Assembly (NCBI GenBank): GCA_036269995.1
Contig: DATBDJ010000014.1
Span: 36,785-100,784 of the forward strand
Reading direction: 5' to 3'
From: Candidatus Udaeobacter sp.
GTDB lineage: Bacteria; Verrucomicrobiota; Verrucomicrobiia; Chthoniobacterales; UBA10450
DNA: 64,000 bases
The notes under the pieces are model-generated. The model was not told where the DNA came from. It did no database searches and saw nothing but the letters and a program-made list of their open reading frames with translations. Shown piece by piece: positions 37,287 to 46,560 of the stretch; positions within the stretch are counted from its first letter, which is position 1; each line of letters opens with the position of its first letter. The position numbers and the translations under genes were made by a program.

Positions 37287-38851
37287 AAGAGGCCTTGGTT
37301 CAAAACGCGACGGCGCCTTTGGCTGAAGATAGTTGCGCGTCGAACGCAATCGCCGGCCAAGCTTTGCTTGCAACCAGGTCGGATGTAAGGGCTGAGACTT
37401 GGGGTCCGGCGGCGCTTGAGCAAAGACGCGAACGCACCCGTGATCATTTGGCTAGGATTGCTACTCGCCGAGAAATCTGGATCAGTCGTAACAAGTACTA
37501 CTACGAACTGCTGAGCCGGCTATTTCGTTTTTTGGTCGAGCCACAGAAAAGCGTTCTCTCGGTTCGCTGCGGCATCGGGAATCTTTTGGACGTGGTGCGG
37601 CCAGCTAGAGCCAAAGGTGTCGATATCTGCGCTGAGATTGTGGAAATTGCGCAGCAACGAAATCAGACGTTCGAATTTGCGGTGGCGTTTCCAGACAAGG
37701 AAGAATTCCGGCACTGTTTCACCTCGGATGAAAAATTCGATTACATCCTGTTTAATGACATCGGCGACACCGTGGATGTACTCCAAGCCTTGCGCAATCT
37801 GGCGCCCCTTTGCCAGAGACACACCCGCGTCTTGATAACAACTTACAATCATCTGTGGGAACCCTTTGTTACTTTCGCCGAATGGCTGGGAATGAAGGTG
37901 CCGCGCATGGAGCAGAACTGGCTTTCCACGGCTGATATTCGAAATCTGCTGAAGCTCGCCGGGTTTGAGGCGCTTGAGACGCATCGAATTGTCCTTTTGC
38001 CGAAATACTTGCCCTTGTTGTCTGGCTTTCTTAATCGTTTTTGTGCGCGCCTGCCGTTTTTAAGCAAGCTCTGCATGACTCAGGTGGTCGTCGCGCGATT
38101 GTTGCCACGGCCGGTGCCGTCGGCACAGTTTTCCGTGTCCGTTGTCATTCCATGCAAGAATGAGAAAGGGAATGTCGAGGATGCTATCCGGCGCATTCCC
38201 GCGCTGGCGAGCCGGACAGAAATAATTTTCTGTGACGATCGCTCCACCGATGGAACGGCTGAAGAAGTCTTGCGGGTACAGTCAGTATACCCGCAGAAGA
38301 ACATTCGTCTTGAGCATGGGCCTGGTGTTTGTAAGTCGCGAAACGTATGGACCGGTTTCAATGCTGCCACAGGCGATGTTTTGATGATTCTCGATGCTGA
38401 CCTAACCACAATTCCCGAGGAACTGCCTTACTTCATCGATGTTATAGCTTCTGGACAGGCTGAGTTTGTGAATGGATCGCGCCTTATTTATCCAGTTCCA
38501 CAAGGGGCAATGAACGGAGCAAACATGCTGGGTAACAAATTCTTCAGCGTCGCGTTTACCTATCTGCTCGGGCAGAGGGTGAAAGACACTCTGTGCGGCA
38601 CAAAAGTTCTTTGGCGAAGCGACTGGGAGAGAATTAAACCAATGCTCGGGAGCTGGGGAACCGAAGATCGCTGGGGAGACTATGAACTGTTGTTTGGGGC
38701 TGCAAAATTGAACCTTAAGATTCTCGACTTACCTGTGCACTACCAGGAACGGATCTATGGTTCGACAAAGATGACCAAGATCTTTCGAAACGGAATTGTT
38801 ATGCTTAAGATGTGCTGGCATGGCTTTTTGAAGTTGAAACTCGGATACTAA
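37283..38851 (+). CDS. bifunctional class I methyltransferase-like domain + family 2 glycosyltransferase fusion
   Basis: 522 aa. The N-terminal ~260 aa have a Rossmann MT motif I-like segment, VLSVRCGIGNLLD. The C-terminal ~250 aa carry VSVVIPCKNEKGNV, FCDDRSTDGT, ILDADLTTIPEELP and DTLCGTKV (GT2). ATGA overlap with the upstream GT2. Confidence 0.8.
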   Translation: MKEALVQNATAPLAEDSCASNAIAGQALLATRSDVRAETWGPAALEQRRERTRDHLARIATRREIWISRNKYYYELLSRLFRFLVEPQKSVLSVRCGIGNLLDVVRPARAKGVDICAEIVEIAQQRNQTFEFAVAFPDKEEFRHCFTSDEKFDYILFNDIGDTVDVLQALRNLAPLCQRHTRVLITTYNHLWEPFVTFAEWLGMKVPRMEQNWLSTADIRNLLKLAGFEALETHRIVLLPKYLPLLSGFLNRFCARLPFLSKLCMTQVVVARLLPRPVPSAQFSVSVVIPCKNEKGNVEDAIRRIPALASRTEIIFCDDRSTDGTAEEVLRVQSVYPQKNIRLEHGPGVCKSRNVWTGFNAATGDVLMILDADLTTIPEELPYFIDVIASGQAEFVNGSRLIYPVPQGAMNGANMLGNKFFSVAFTYLLGQRVKDTLCGTKVLWRSDWERIKPMLGSWGTEDRWGDYELLFGAAKLNLKILDLPVHYQERIYGSTKMTKIFRNGIVMLKMCWHGFLKLKLGY

Positions 38852-38936
38852 CTCTTGTCAGCTCCTGGATGTTCAAACTGCGGACGCGGGCTGCCGGTTT
38901 CAATTCACAGTCAGTCCACTGGGTGAGAGTGTTCTA

Positions 38937-39659
38937 GTGCAAGACCGCATTGCCAAAGAAATTCAACACGGCAGGTTTCTGGCCAAACACGGGGCAGGGA
39001 AGATTTGGAATTGGGAAAGTCCAGCCGGCAAACTGCGCTGGGCGAGGCGCGTAAAGATGCTAAGCGAGCATCTCGGACCGGGAATGAGTGTTCTCGAATT
39101 GGGCTGCGGCACAGGGTATTTTACTCGTGAACTGGCTCGCTCTGGAGCGGAAATTGTCGCGATTGACGTCTCACCAGAGCTCCTGGAAACCGCGAGGGTG
39201 AGTTCTTCTGCGCCGAATGTTCGTTACGAAATCCAGAACGCCTATGATCTAAGCTATACTGATGCCGCTTTTGATTCCGTTGTCGGCAGCTCGGTCTTAC
39301 ATCATCTAGAAATCCAGCAGGCCTTACGCGAAATTTTCCGGGTTTTGAAGCCCGGCGGCAGAATTTCATTTACAGAACCGAACATGCTGAACCCGCAGAT
39401 CGCGCTGCAGAAGAATGTACCTTGGATTAAACGAAAACTTGGCGACTCACCGGATGAGACTGCTTTTTTTCGATGGTCGCTCCGGCGCCTTCTTGAGATA
39501 ACGGGCTATCGTGAGGTTCGAATTACCCCGTTCGATTTCCTGCATCCCAAAACGCCTAATCAGCTAGTTGATCGGTTGAACTCCGTCGGGCGATTCCTCG
39601 AAAGCGTGCCGGTAATGGCTGAGTTCGCCGGCTCCCTTTACGTTCGCGCCGTAAAATGA
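38937..39659 (+). CDS. class I SAM-dependent methyltransferase
   Basis: 240 aa with a GTG start. Motif I VLELGCGTGYFTRELA, and a post-I acidic residue in VAIDVS. Confidence 0.85.
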   Translation: MQDRIAKEIQHGRFLAKHGAGKIWNWESPAGKLRWARRVKMLSEHLGPGMSVLELGCGTGYFTRELARSGAEIVAIDVSPELLETARVSSSAPNVRYEIQNAYDLSYTDAAFDSVVGSSVLHHLEIQQALREIFRVLKPGGRISFTEPNMLNPQIALQKNVPWIKRKLGDSPDETAFFRWSLRRLLEITGYREVRITPFDFLHPKTPNQLVDRLNSVGRFLESVPVMAEFAGSLYVRAVK

Positions 39660-40435
39660 GCACGATCACTATGCATAACGAGGAAGCGAAAGATCGCGCG
39701 GCAACGTTGCGTAATCGGGCACACCTCGGCGCGAATCAGAATCTTCTTTTTTGGTATCGCGAACTTTACTGCGATCAATTCAAGGATTTTCCAAACCCGT
39801 CGGCGCTGTCGATCTTAGAAATAGGAAGCGGCACTTCGCCCCTTAAACAATTTCTCTCAAACGTAGTAACCAGTGACGTGCTTAATCTGGGGTACCTCGA
39901 TCTTGTGTTTGACTGCCATGAAATCGACAAGTTGGACGCGATAGAGGACAACACTCTTGACGTTATCACACTCACGAATGTGTTGCATCACCTGAAGAGT
40001 CCGATTTTGTTTCTAAGTCGCGCGGCCAGTAAGTTGAAATCCGGCGGCAAAGTTATTGCGACCGAGCCTTTTTTTTCCGACGTATCAACTCTCATATTTA
40101 AGTATCTGCATCACGAACCGGTCGATTTCAGAATTTCCCACCCCGAACTTAGCCATATGCAGGGACCACTGTCATCAGCCAACATTGCATTGCCGTGGCT
40201 AATTTTCTGCCGGACACCCGAATGGCTCCAGCCGCTGAATGATTACTTCGATCTCACGAGAATTTCCACGAGACCGTTCAGTGCCGTCTCGTACATGGTT
40301 ACTGGTGGAATATCGCACAGGTTGCCAGTTCCCGCTTTTCTCTATCGCATGTTATTTCGCGTGGACCTCGCCCTTAGTCGTTGGTGTCCGAGTGTCTGCG
40401 CGAGTTTCTTTACCGTAACTCTGACACGACGCTGA
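39656..40435 (+). CDS. class I SAM-dependent methyltransferase (divergent)
   Basis: 259 aa. ILEIGSGTSPL is motif I, and VITLTNVLHHL follows. ATGA overlap with the previous gene. Confidence 0.7.
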   Translation: MSTITMHNEEAKDRAATLRNRAHLGANQNLLFWYRELYCDQFKDFPNPSALSILEIGSGTSPLKQFLSNVVTSDVLNLGYLDLVFDCHEIDKLDAIEDNTLDVITLTNVLHHLKSPILFLSRAASKLKSGGKVIATEPFFSDVSTLIFKYLHHEPVDFRISHPELSHMQGPLSSANIALPWLIFCRTPEWLQPLNDYFDLTRISTRPFSAVSYMVTGGISHRLPVPAFLYRMLFRVDLALSRWCPSVCASFFTVTLTRR

Positions 40436-41172
40436 TGTTCGCGATGTCCCTTCTTCGCGGAGTCGGGAATAAGGCTTACCAATATACCTTTCCTGTCTAC
40501 CGCCTTTGTTATCGCGCTTTCAAAGCTTACACTGATCGTGCGGAGCGGCTACTGCTGAGGAGCATTTTGTCGGAGGGAGCGGTCGTGGTGGACGCGGGTG
40601 CGAACATTGGGGTGTATTCGCAGTTTCTTTCCCGCTGTGTTGGTCCGACCGGCGTTGTTCATTCCTTTGAACCTTCGCCCGAAAATTTTAAGCGCCTGCA
40701 GTCTGCTACCCGCAACCTTGCAAACGTCCGCCTGTCTCAAGCTGCGGTTGGAGAATGCAGCGGAAGGTCCAACCTGTACGTTTCGGATCAACTAAATGTG
40801 GATCACCGCACCTACGCGACCCGCGGCGATTCGCGCCCCACTCTCCAAATCGATATCATAGCGCTCGATGATTATTTTGAGCCGGGCGAGCGCATTGATC
40901 TGATCAAAATGGATATTCAAGGATACGAGCTTTACGGCTTGCGAGGCACTAACCGTGTTTTGGCTGACAACCCCGCAGCAAAGTTGCTCCTGGAATTTTG
41001 GCCTTACGGCCTCAAACAGGCTGGAGCGAACTGGCGTGAATTGATTGATTTGCTGCGAACTAAAAACAGGTCGGTTTTCCAGATAACAAATTATGGGCTC
41101 GTCCCGTTCCGCTCCGATTCAGTTAGGGTCAGCCCGGAGTGGTACGTGAATCTTTTCGCCTTGTCGAAATAA
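40435..41172 (+). CDS. FkbM family methyltransferase
   Basis: 245 aa from the ATG at 40435, which shares one nt with the preceding TGA. VVDAGANIGVYS...VHSFEPSPENFKRL matches the FkbM signature. Confidence 0.8.
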   Translation: MFAMSLLRGVGNKAYQYTFPVYRLCYRAFKAYTDRAERLLLRSILSEGAVVVDAGANIGVYSQFLSRCVGPTGVVHSFEPSPENFKRLQSATRNLANVRLSQAAVGECSGRSNLYVSDQLNVDHRTYATRGDSRPTLQIDIIALDDYFEPGERIDLIKMDIQGYELYGLRGTNRVLADNPAAKLLLEFWPYGLKQAGANWRELIDLLRTKNRSVFQITNYGLVPFRSDSVRVSPEWYVNLFALSK

Positions 41173-41230
41173 CATCTGTCACCCTGTGACTGGCATTCGC
41201 CGCAATCGAGGTTTCGGACGCGTCGATGGT

Positions 41231-43123
41231 TCACTGCCTGCCTGGTAAGAGCAAAACCAGCCCGCCAGCTTCGAGAACGCGATGCCAGCCGGGATCAATC
41301 GATTGAAGCGTCGCCAAGACTCGCTGGCTTTGAGATTCTGGAACTGCAACGGCGTTTGCGCGATTGGTTTCGATGACCTGACGAAATTGCGGTTCGAACA
41401 GTTGAAGCCGTTTAAAACGGTCGGCATTGTCGCCCTCGATAAAAACCTGCGCCTGGCGGCGGAGTTTGCCTTCCGCCGGATTGCCTGCGTTGGTAAAATA
41501 GTGAGTGACAAGGCGGGGCGCCACGACTTTCATTGTGGGAAATAGTAGCGGTAACTCGCAACCAGCCGTCCACGTTGGCACGAGTAGTTTACTCTGATCG
41601 ATATACTTGCCGGCGGCCAGACCGAAATCCGTGTTCTCTTTAACTAACTGATATTCGAGAGGCGTTTTCCATGCAGCCTGTCGGCTAATTGGCGTGATCG
41701 AGAGTGCACGATAGGTGCAAAAGAAAGTAACTACGATAGCCAGTAGCGCCGCCACAAGTAGGGGCCGCCGTCCCACAGGAGTAACCGCCGTCTTTCCGAA
41801 CAACCGCGGACCTGCTGTGGGCAACATGGCGCAAAGCAATGGTAGCGGCACCAAATAATTCAACCGAAAGTAACACAAGGCCATGATGTGTCTCATCCAC
41901 CAAGGCGCAAGCAGGGGGTTCAAGCAAAAAAGCCACACCGCGCAAGCATAAAAGAAGAGAAAAAGACCGATCTTCCCGCGGACGACGATGAGCGGCACAG
42001 CAGTCATCAGCAGAATATTTCGGACGTACCCTGCTGGTCCGCCCACGAAAAACGTCATGGCTTGGCCCCATGGCATGTATGTTGACCCGTACATGCTTAT
42101 ATCGATTGGCTTCGGAATTATGTTAACAAGCAGCAAAACTAATATTCCGACCGGATAGACGAGTGGTATTATCAGGAGCAGCCCGCGAGCGATGTGTTTC
42201 CGCAAGTATTCGGCTCCCCCATTTTCAAATAGCTGAGTCGTAAAAAAGGCCAGCCAGGAGCACCCAATTACCGCTGGGATCAAATAAAGAGCCGTATTAG
42301 CTACACCAACACTAGCGATGCTCAAAAGAGTTAGCCACACGAGATCACTTCGGTTGCCGCGACTCAAAAATCGATAGCTGATGGCAAGACCGAGCGGCAA
42401 TAACAAAATGAACACGATCGATCGCCCTTCCCAGAGATAGCCGGCAGCCATCCCAAAAGACCAGTAGCGGGAAACAGTTCCAATCACCGCCGGTCCAGGA
42501 TTGTCCAATAGCAAAAACGCCACGGCGAGTAACGTACCGACGGCGGCTGGCCAGCGAGACAATCCGAATTGTCGGACGCACCAGTAAAAGACAAAGGGGA
42601 TCAAAAATGCGCTCAGCGCATGGCCGATGATTTGATAAAAGTATAAAGGATCGATACCAAGGTAGTGACTGAGGATCCCCAAGAGCATCTCGTAGCTGGT
42701 CGCCAGATGAACCGGAGAGAATGCAGCGGCGTCGAGATCGACGCTCGTTTCGCGCAGGTAGATGGGCTGCTTAAGATCCAGCAACTGGGACAGAACTCTA
42801 TGGAAATAGACGACATCATCTTGATTCGGCCGCCGCACGAAAAGGACTGTAGTTGCACATGCAACGCCCACGACCACAAGAAGGATGTGAGGCAAATGGA
42901 ACCGATAGTATTTGCCAGGCATCGCGTTTGTCTTTTTCCACAAACGCGCAAGCAAAAAGAAACCGCCGATGACCAAAGCTAGAAAGCACCATGTAATCGT
43001 TGCCGCCGGCCATCTTACGACAAGCACAAACTGGTAGGCGAGGGTCCAAAATGCGAATAGCGCGACTGGCAGAAGCACGATGTCAGCGGCTCGAGATTCG
43101 GCAGGCTTTTCGGAAATCAGCAT
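41231..43123 (-). CDS. polytopic membrane protein, GT-C-like glycosyltransferase candidate (1 of 4)
   Basis: 630 aa. The first ~470 aa contain about 12 hydrophobic segments, with an acidic pair in the loop RRPNQDDVVYFH (aa 102-103). The last ~150 aa form a soluble C-terminal domain. The family was not recognised by eye. Confidence 0.55.
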   Translation of the reverse strand: MLISEKPAESRAADIVLLPVALFAFWTLAYQFVLVVRWPAATITWCFLALVIGGFFLLARLWKKTNAMPGKYYRFHLPHILLVVVGVACATTVLFVRRPNQDDVVYFHRVLSQLLDLKQPIYLRETSVDLDAAAFSPVHLATSYEMLLGILSHYLGIDPLYFYQIIGHALSAFLIPFVFYWCVRQFGLSRWPAAVGTLLAVAFLLLDNPGPAVIGTVSRYWSFGMAAGYLWEGRSIVFILLLPLGLAISYRFLSRGNRSDLVWLTLLSIASVGVANTALYLIPAVIGCSWLAFFTTQLFENGGAEYLRKHIARGLLLIIPLVYPVGILVLLLVNIIPKPIDISMYGSTYMPWGQAMTFFVGGPAGYVRNILLMTAVPLIVVRGKIGLFLFFYACAVWLFCLNPLLAPWWMRHIMALCYFRLNYLVPLPLLCAMLPTAGPRLFGKTAVTPVGRRPLLVAALLAIVVTFFCTYRALSITPISRQAAWKTPLEYQLVKENTDFGLAAGKYIDQSKLLVPTWTAGCELPLLFPTMKVVAPRLVTHYFTNAGNPAEGKLRRQAQVFIEGDNADRFKRLQLFEPQFRQVIETNRANAVAVPESQSQRVLATLQSIDPGWHRVLEAGGLVLLLPGRQ

Positions 43124-43187
43124 TGTCGGATCACACTTTGAGTTTTATTAGCTTGATGTGATAACCGACGTTCCAACGAGCTGGTGG

Positions 43188-44870
43188 TCAACTGGGAATT
43201 CTTGCCCGAAAAAGCAGAATAGTTGGGAACGGGTACGTCATATCTTGAGGAAAACGCATCAGCCCGAACTCGTGTCCCCAAATCCGTACTGGCACGCGAT
43301 AGCTTTTTGCATATTGAAATTTTCCCTGTGCCTCCACCTGCCGAATAGATGCGTTCATCTGCTCAGGGCTAATTTCAGTGGGGAATCCTACCAACAAGAA
43401 GTCAGCATTTTCTTCAGCGTTCTGAAACTGGACGGCTACTGTCTCGCTCTCTAATGGCTTGGCTCCCGGCATTGCGGTATAAAAGGACGGTCCGAATTGC
43501 AAAACGCCGATTTTCGCCGGACCCGCACCAATCAATGTTTGAAGATCCTCCCGAACAATTTCGCGAGCGTCCTTGCGCTGCATGGCCCCAATGTATGCAA
43601 GGTCGAAAATAAAGGATGGCACAAAGATCAGCAGGAGCGCGACGCCCAAAACAATGGTTGTCGTCCGTTTGTTTTGCACCGCCAGTTGTATGTCGCCGCA
43701 GACAATTCCAACAAGTACACAGAACCCAGGAAACAGAATCAGGGTTATTCGCGCGAAATAAGGACCCAGGTACCCCTTGCCCATCAGGTAAAGATACAGG
43801 ACTGAAAAAATCAGTATTGGAGCGGAAAGGCCGTAAAGGTTGCGCCTAAAGAGAAGATACAATATTGCGCAGTAGGGGGCCAACCAAAGCACGGGATACG
43901 TCGCTAACGGAATCACGTACGTAATATACCTCCAAATAACCGATAGATTTAGCACCTGACTCCTGCTGAACTCATGCAACGACGCATATTTTAGGGTTTC
44001 ATTGGTAATTGCCTTTATAACGCTCGCTGAATCTAAGAAGAGCATCGGATGACCGACGAACAGGCCAATTCCAAAGCCGAAACCAATGAACCAAACCTGG
44101 GTGGCGACAAAACTTCTTGCCCGCTCTGCAAATCGCGCGGCAGTGCCTGGTGACTCGTTACTGCCGTCAAATAGCAAATGCAGGCAGGGAATCACGACAA
44201 TGATTCCAACAGGATACCGTGTCGCTGCTCCTAAACCAGAAATTAGACCGACAAGAACAAGCAGGTGCCACGATTGAGATTTCCGAAGCTTGAATGACAA
44301 CCAAATGACTAAAATGCACAATAGATTGCTGAGGATGTGAGTCCTCATAAAATGAGCATAGATCACCTGCATTGGCAGAACTGCGTAACAAAGCGCCCCG
44401 ACTAGGGATGGGTAGAACCACTGGGTCGCTTCTCGAATCGCGAGGAACACAACCACGACTGTGCAGAGGTCGAACAGGACAGACATCCATCGACAGATGT
44501 ACAAAAGCACAGACTGGTCCCGTGTATTCCCTGGCTCGCCCCCATAACGGGCTTTGTTGCCAAAAAGCTTCAATATCGCTTGTGGCATAGCCCACACATA
44601 ATAATTGAACGTCCCCTCAAAGTATGCTCCTGGGGCTTTAATATGACCTGTTAGTAAATCCAGTTGGCGGACGCCTCTAAGGCTTACAAACTCGTCAGGC
44701 TGAAAATTCAGGTCGTGTCCGTACCCGCTGTTGAGACCCCACGCCAAGCCGGCTACTCGGAAAAAGGCTGCCAACAAGAGCACTCCTGCGAATAACGCGG
44801 GTCGAAGTGCTTTTGCCGTAAATCGACGTCGCGCCGTAGCATCTCCGGAAAAAGCTGTCGATCGCATCAC
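43188..44870 (-). CDS. GT-C glycosyltransferase, ArnT/PMT_2-like (2 of 4)
   Basis: 560 aa. TM1 is followed by NFQPDEFVSL (D59-E60) in the classic first-loop position, then more than 10 TM segments and a ~130-aa C-terminal soluble domain. The ORF starts GTG-ATG, and the ATG at 44867 is equally possible. Confidence 0.7.
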   Translation of the reverse strand: MMRSTAFSGDATARRRFTAKALRPALFAGVLLLAAFFRVAGLAWGLNSGYGHDLNFQPDEFVSLRGVRQLDLLTGHIKAPGAYFEGTFNYYVWAMPQAILKLFGNKARYGGEPGNTRDQSVLLYICRWMSVLFDLCTVVVVFLAIREATQWFYPSLVGALCYAVLPMQVIYAHFMRTHILSNLLCILVIWLSFKLRKSQSWHLLVLVGLISGLGAATRYPVGIIVVIPCLHLLFDGSNESPGTAARFAERARSFVATQVWFIGFGFGIGLFVGHPMLFLDSASVIKAITNETLKYASLHEFSRSQVLNLSVIWRYITYVIPLATYPVLWLAPYCAILYLLFRRNLYGLSAPILIFSVLYLYLMGKGYLGPYFARITLILFPGFCVLVGIVCGDIQLAVQNKRTTTIVLGVALLLIFVPSFIFDLAYIGAMQRKDAREIVREDLQTLIGAGPAKIGVLQFGPSFYTAMPGAKPLESETVAVQFQNAEENADFLLVGFPTEISPEQMNASIRQVEAQGKFQYAKSYRVPVRIWGHEFGLMRFPQDMTYPFPTILLFRARIPS

Positions 44871-46525
44871 TCGGACGCCGTTGATGCCTGATCAGAAGCG
44901 ACGGCAGTAAGCGTTAGGATTGCCCCACTATCTTGAGCGCTGTTTAGAGTGTGCCACTCCCACCCGACAACCTTTGGCAGGCGGAATTGGTTGGTGGCGG
45001 CTTCGTCTTGGGATGTAAATAGCGCGTAAACCGGGAGCGACTGCTGCAAGCCATGTTCGACAAGGGCCATCGCCTGTGGCCGATGATAATGCCAGGTGTC
45101 GCTCCACTTGTAATGATGCTTCCCATCGATCGGAGCTGCCACGAATGAAGGTCCCAAGAGCGCGTTCAAGTAGACGGGATCAATGTCACTAAGCACGATG
45201 CCAGGTTGCCGGCTTACAGCTTTGGCGAAGTTTCGTTGGGCGACAAACTGGATAGACTGACGAGGTGGAGTCGTAAAATGAAGAGCGTCCCACGCTTGAA
45301 ATCGGCCGATTCCATGCGCGTTATAGCCGGAGCGCGATGGGTAGCCGAGACAGGCTGCGGCGAATAGAAGGAAAGGAGCCAGACTTGCAATGAGTCGTTT
45401 GCCAGCAAAGACGTTATTTGCAGCCCACATAATGGGCAGAACAGCGATCGCTACAACAAGAATTAAAAGTGGCAGATACAAACGTCCATCTGCGCCAAAG
45501 AGATAGCACACTGTCGCCCCAAAAGAACTCAATCCAGATAAGAAGGCACAGCAAACGAACCAACTGAGCCGGATCAAAAGGAGACCGGCGCAAATCAAAA
45601 GGACGAAGGCCGGCACAAAAGACGTGCCCGTCCCGAAAATATTGGCAGCATCATATCCGTGTGGCTGCAGTGTAAATTGCTGCCACAACATGCCGACATT
45701 GTTGATGACATAAAAAACTGAAAACAAAAGGTGTTGCGTACTAAGATACGACGCCCAGAAGTCGTAACCGGTTTTGAATGGTGAACGGAACTGGATCGTG
45801 TTTAACACGAGCACAGGGCTGGCGGCCAAAACAAACACAACGCATACCGCAGCGCAACGGAGCAACAGACGCCAGCGACGCCCTTGTACTGGAACCACGG
45901 CTATCGCCAGCAACAATGGAGCGAAAAAAAGCGACTGGAGCCGCACGTTTACTGAAAGCCCTACAAAAAGCGCCGCTAAACAGATGTTACACCAGCGTCC
46001 TTGCCTAACACCCAGATAGGAAAACATAAATGCCAAAACGATAAGCAGTGAGGCACTTACCTCGCTAAGTGACGAACGACAAAACGTAAAGAAACCGGGC
46101 AGCGTAGCCAATAACAACGTCGCAACCCCCCCTGCCAACGGCATCGCTAGATACGCGTAAAAAACAAACACTGCCAAAAGCAACAGAAGTCCCATCGTTT
46201 GGCTCGTACGAAGCGGCGCCAGCACGGCATCCGCCGCCGGCAGAATCTTCAGCCACGGAAGCATCAACACAGGGTACCCAAAAGGGTATCTTGATGGCAA
46301 TTTCTCATAGGCGATTTGTATGAAAGGCCAGCCATGTCGTTCCAGAGCTGCTGCCTGCGCGAAATATTCCGTGGCATCCGGATGTGGAGCAAGATTGAGC
46401 AGGGTTGTCTTGCTGTAATCAATCCTAAGCACCGCGAAATAATAAAACGTCAAGGCGCAAACAAAGAGTAGTGTGCCAATTAAGAACGGCGGAACAATAA
46501 GCTTCGCCTTGAGGCCTTCTCTCAT
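44867..46525 (-). CDS. GT-C glycosyltransferase, ArnT/PMT_2-like (3 of 4)
   Basis: 552 aa. TM1 is followed by APHPDATEYFAQAAAL (D50, E53; a D-x-x-E-Y loop motif), then more than 10 TM segments and a ~170-aa C-terminal soluble domain. The stop overlaps the start of the next gene. Confidence 0.7.
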   Translation of the reverse strand: MREGLKAKLIVPPFLIGTLLFVCALTFYYFAVLRIDYSKTTLLNLAPHPDATEYFAQAAALERHGWPFIQIAYEKLPSRYPFGYPVLMLPWLKILPAADAVLAPLRTSQTMGLLLLLAVFVFYAYLAMPLAGGVATLLLATLPGFFTFCRSSLSEVSASLLIVLAFMFSYLGVRQGRWCNICLAALFVGLSVNVRLQSLFFAPLLLAIAVVPVQGRRWRLLLRCAAVCVVFVLAASPVLVLNTIQFRSPFKTGYDFWASYLSTQHLLFSVFYVINNVGMLWQQFTLQPHGYDAANIFGTGTSFVPAFVLLICAGLLLIRLSWFVCCAFLSGLSSFGATVCYLFGADGRLYLPLLILVVAIAVLPIMWAANNVFAGKRLIASLAPFLLFAAACLGYPSRSGYNAHGIGRFQAWDALHFTTPPRQSIQFVAQRNFAKAVSRQPGIVLSDIDPVYLNALLGPSFVAAPIDGKHHYKWSDTWHYHRPQAMALVEHGLQQSLPVYALFTSQDEAATNQFRLPKVVGWEWHTLNSAQDSGAILTLTAVASDQASTASE

Positions 46526-46560
46526 AAGTACGGAACGGACGAAGATTGATCGAGCAGCAC

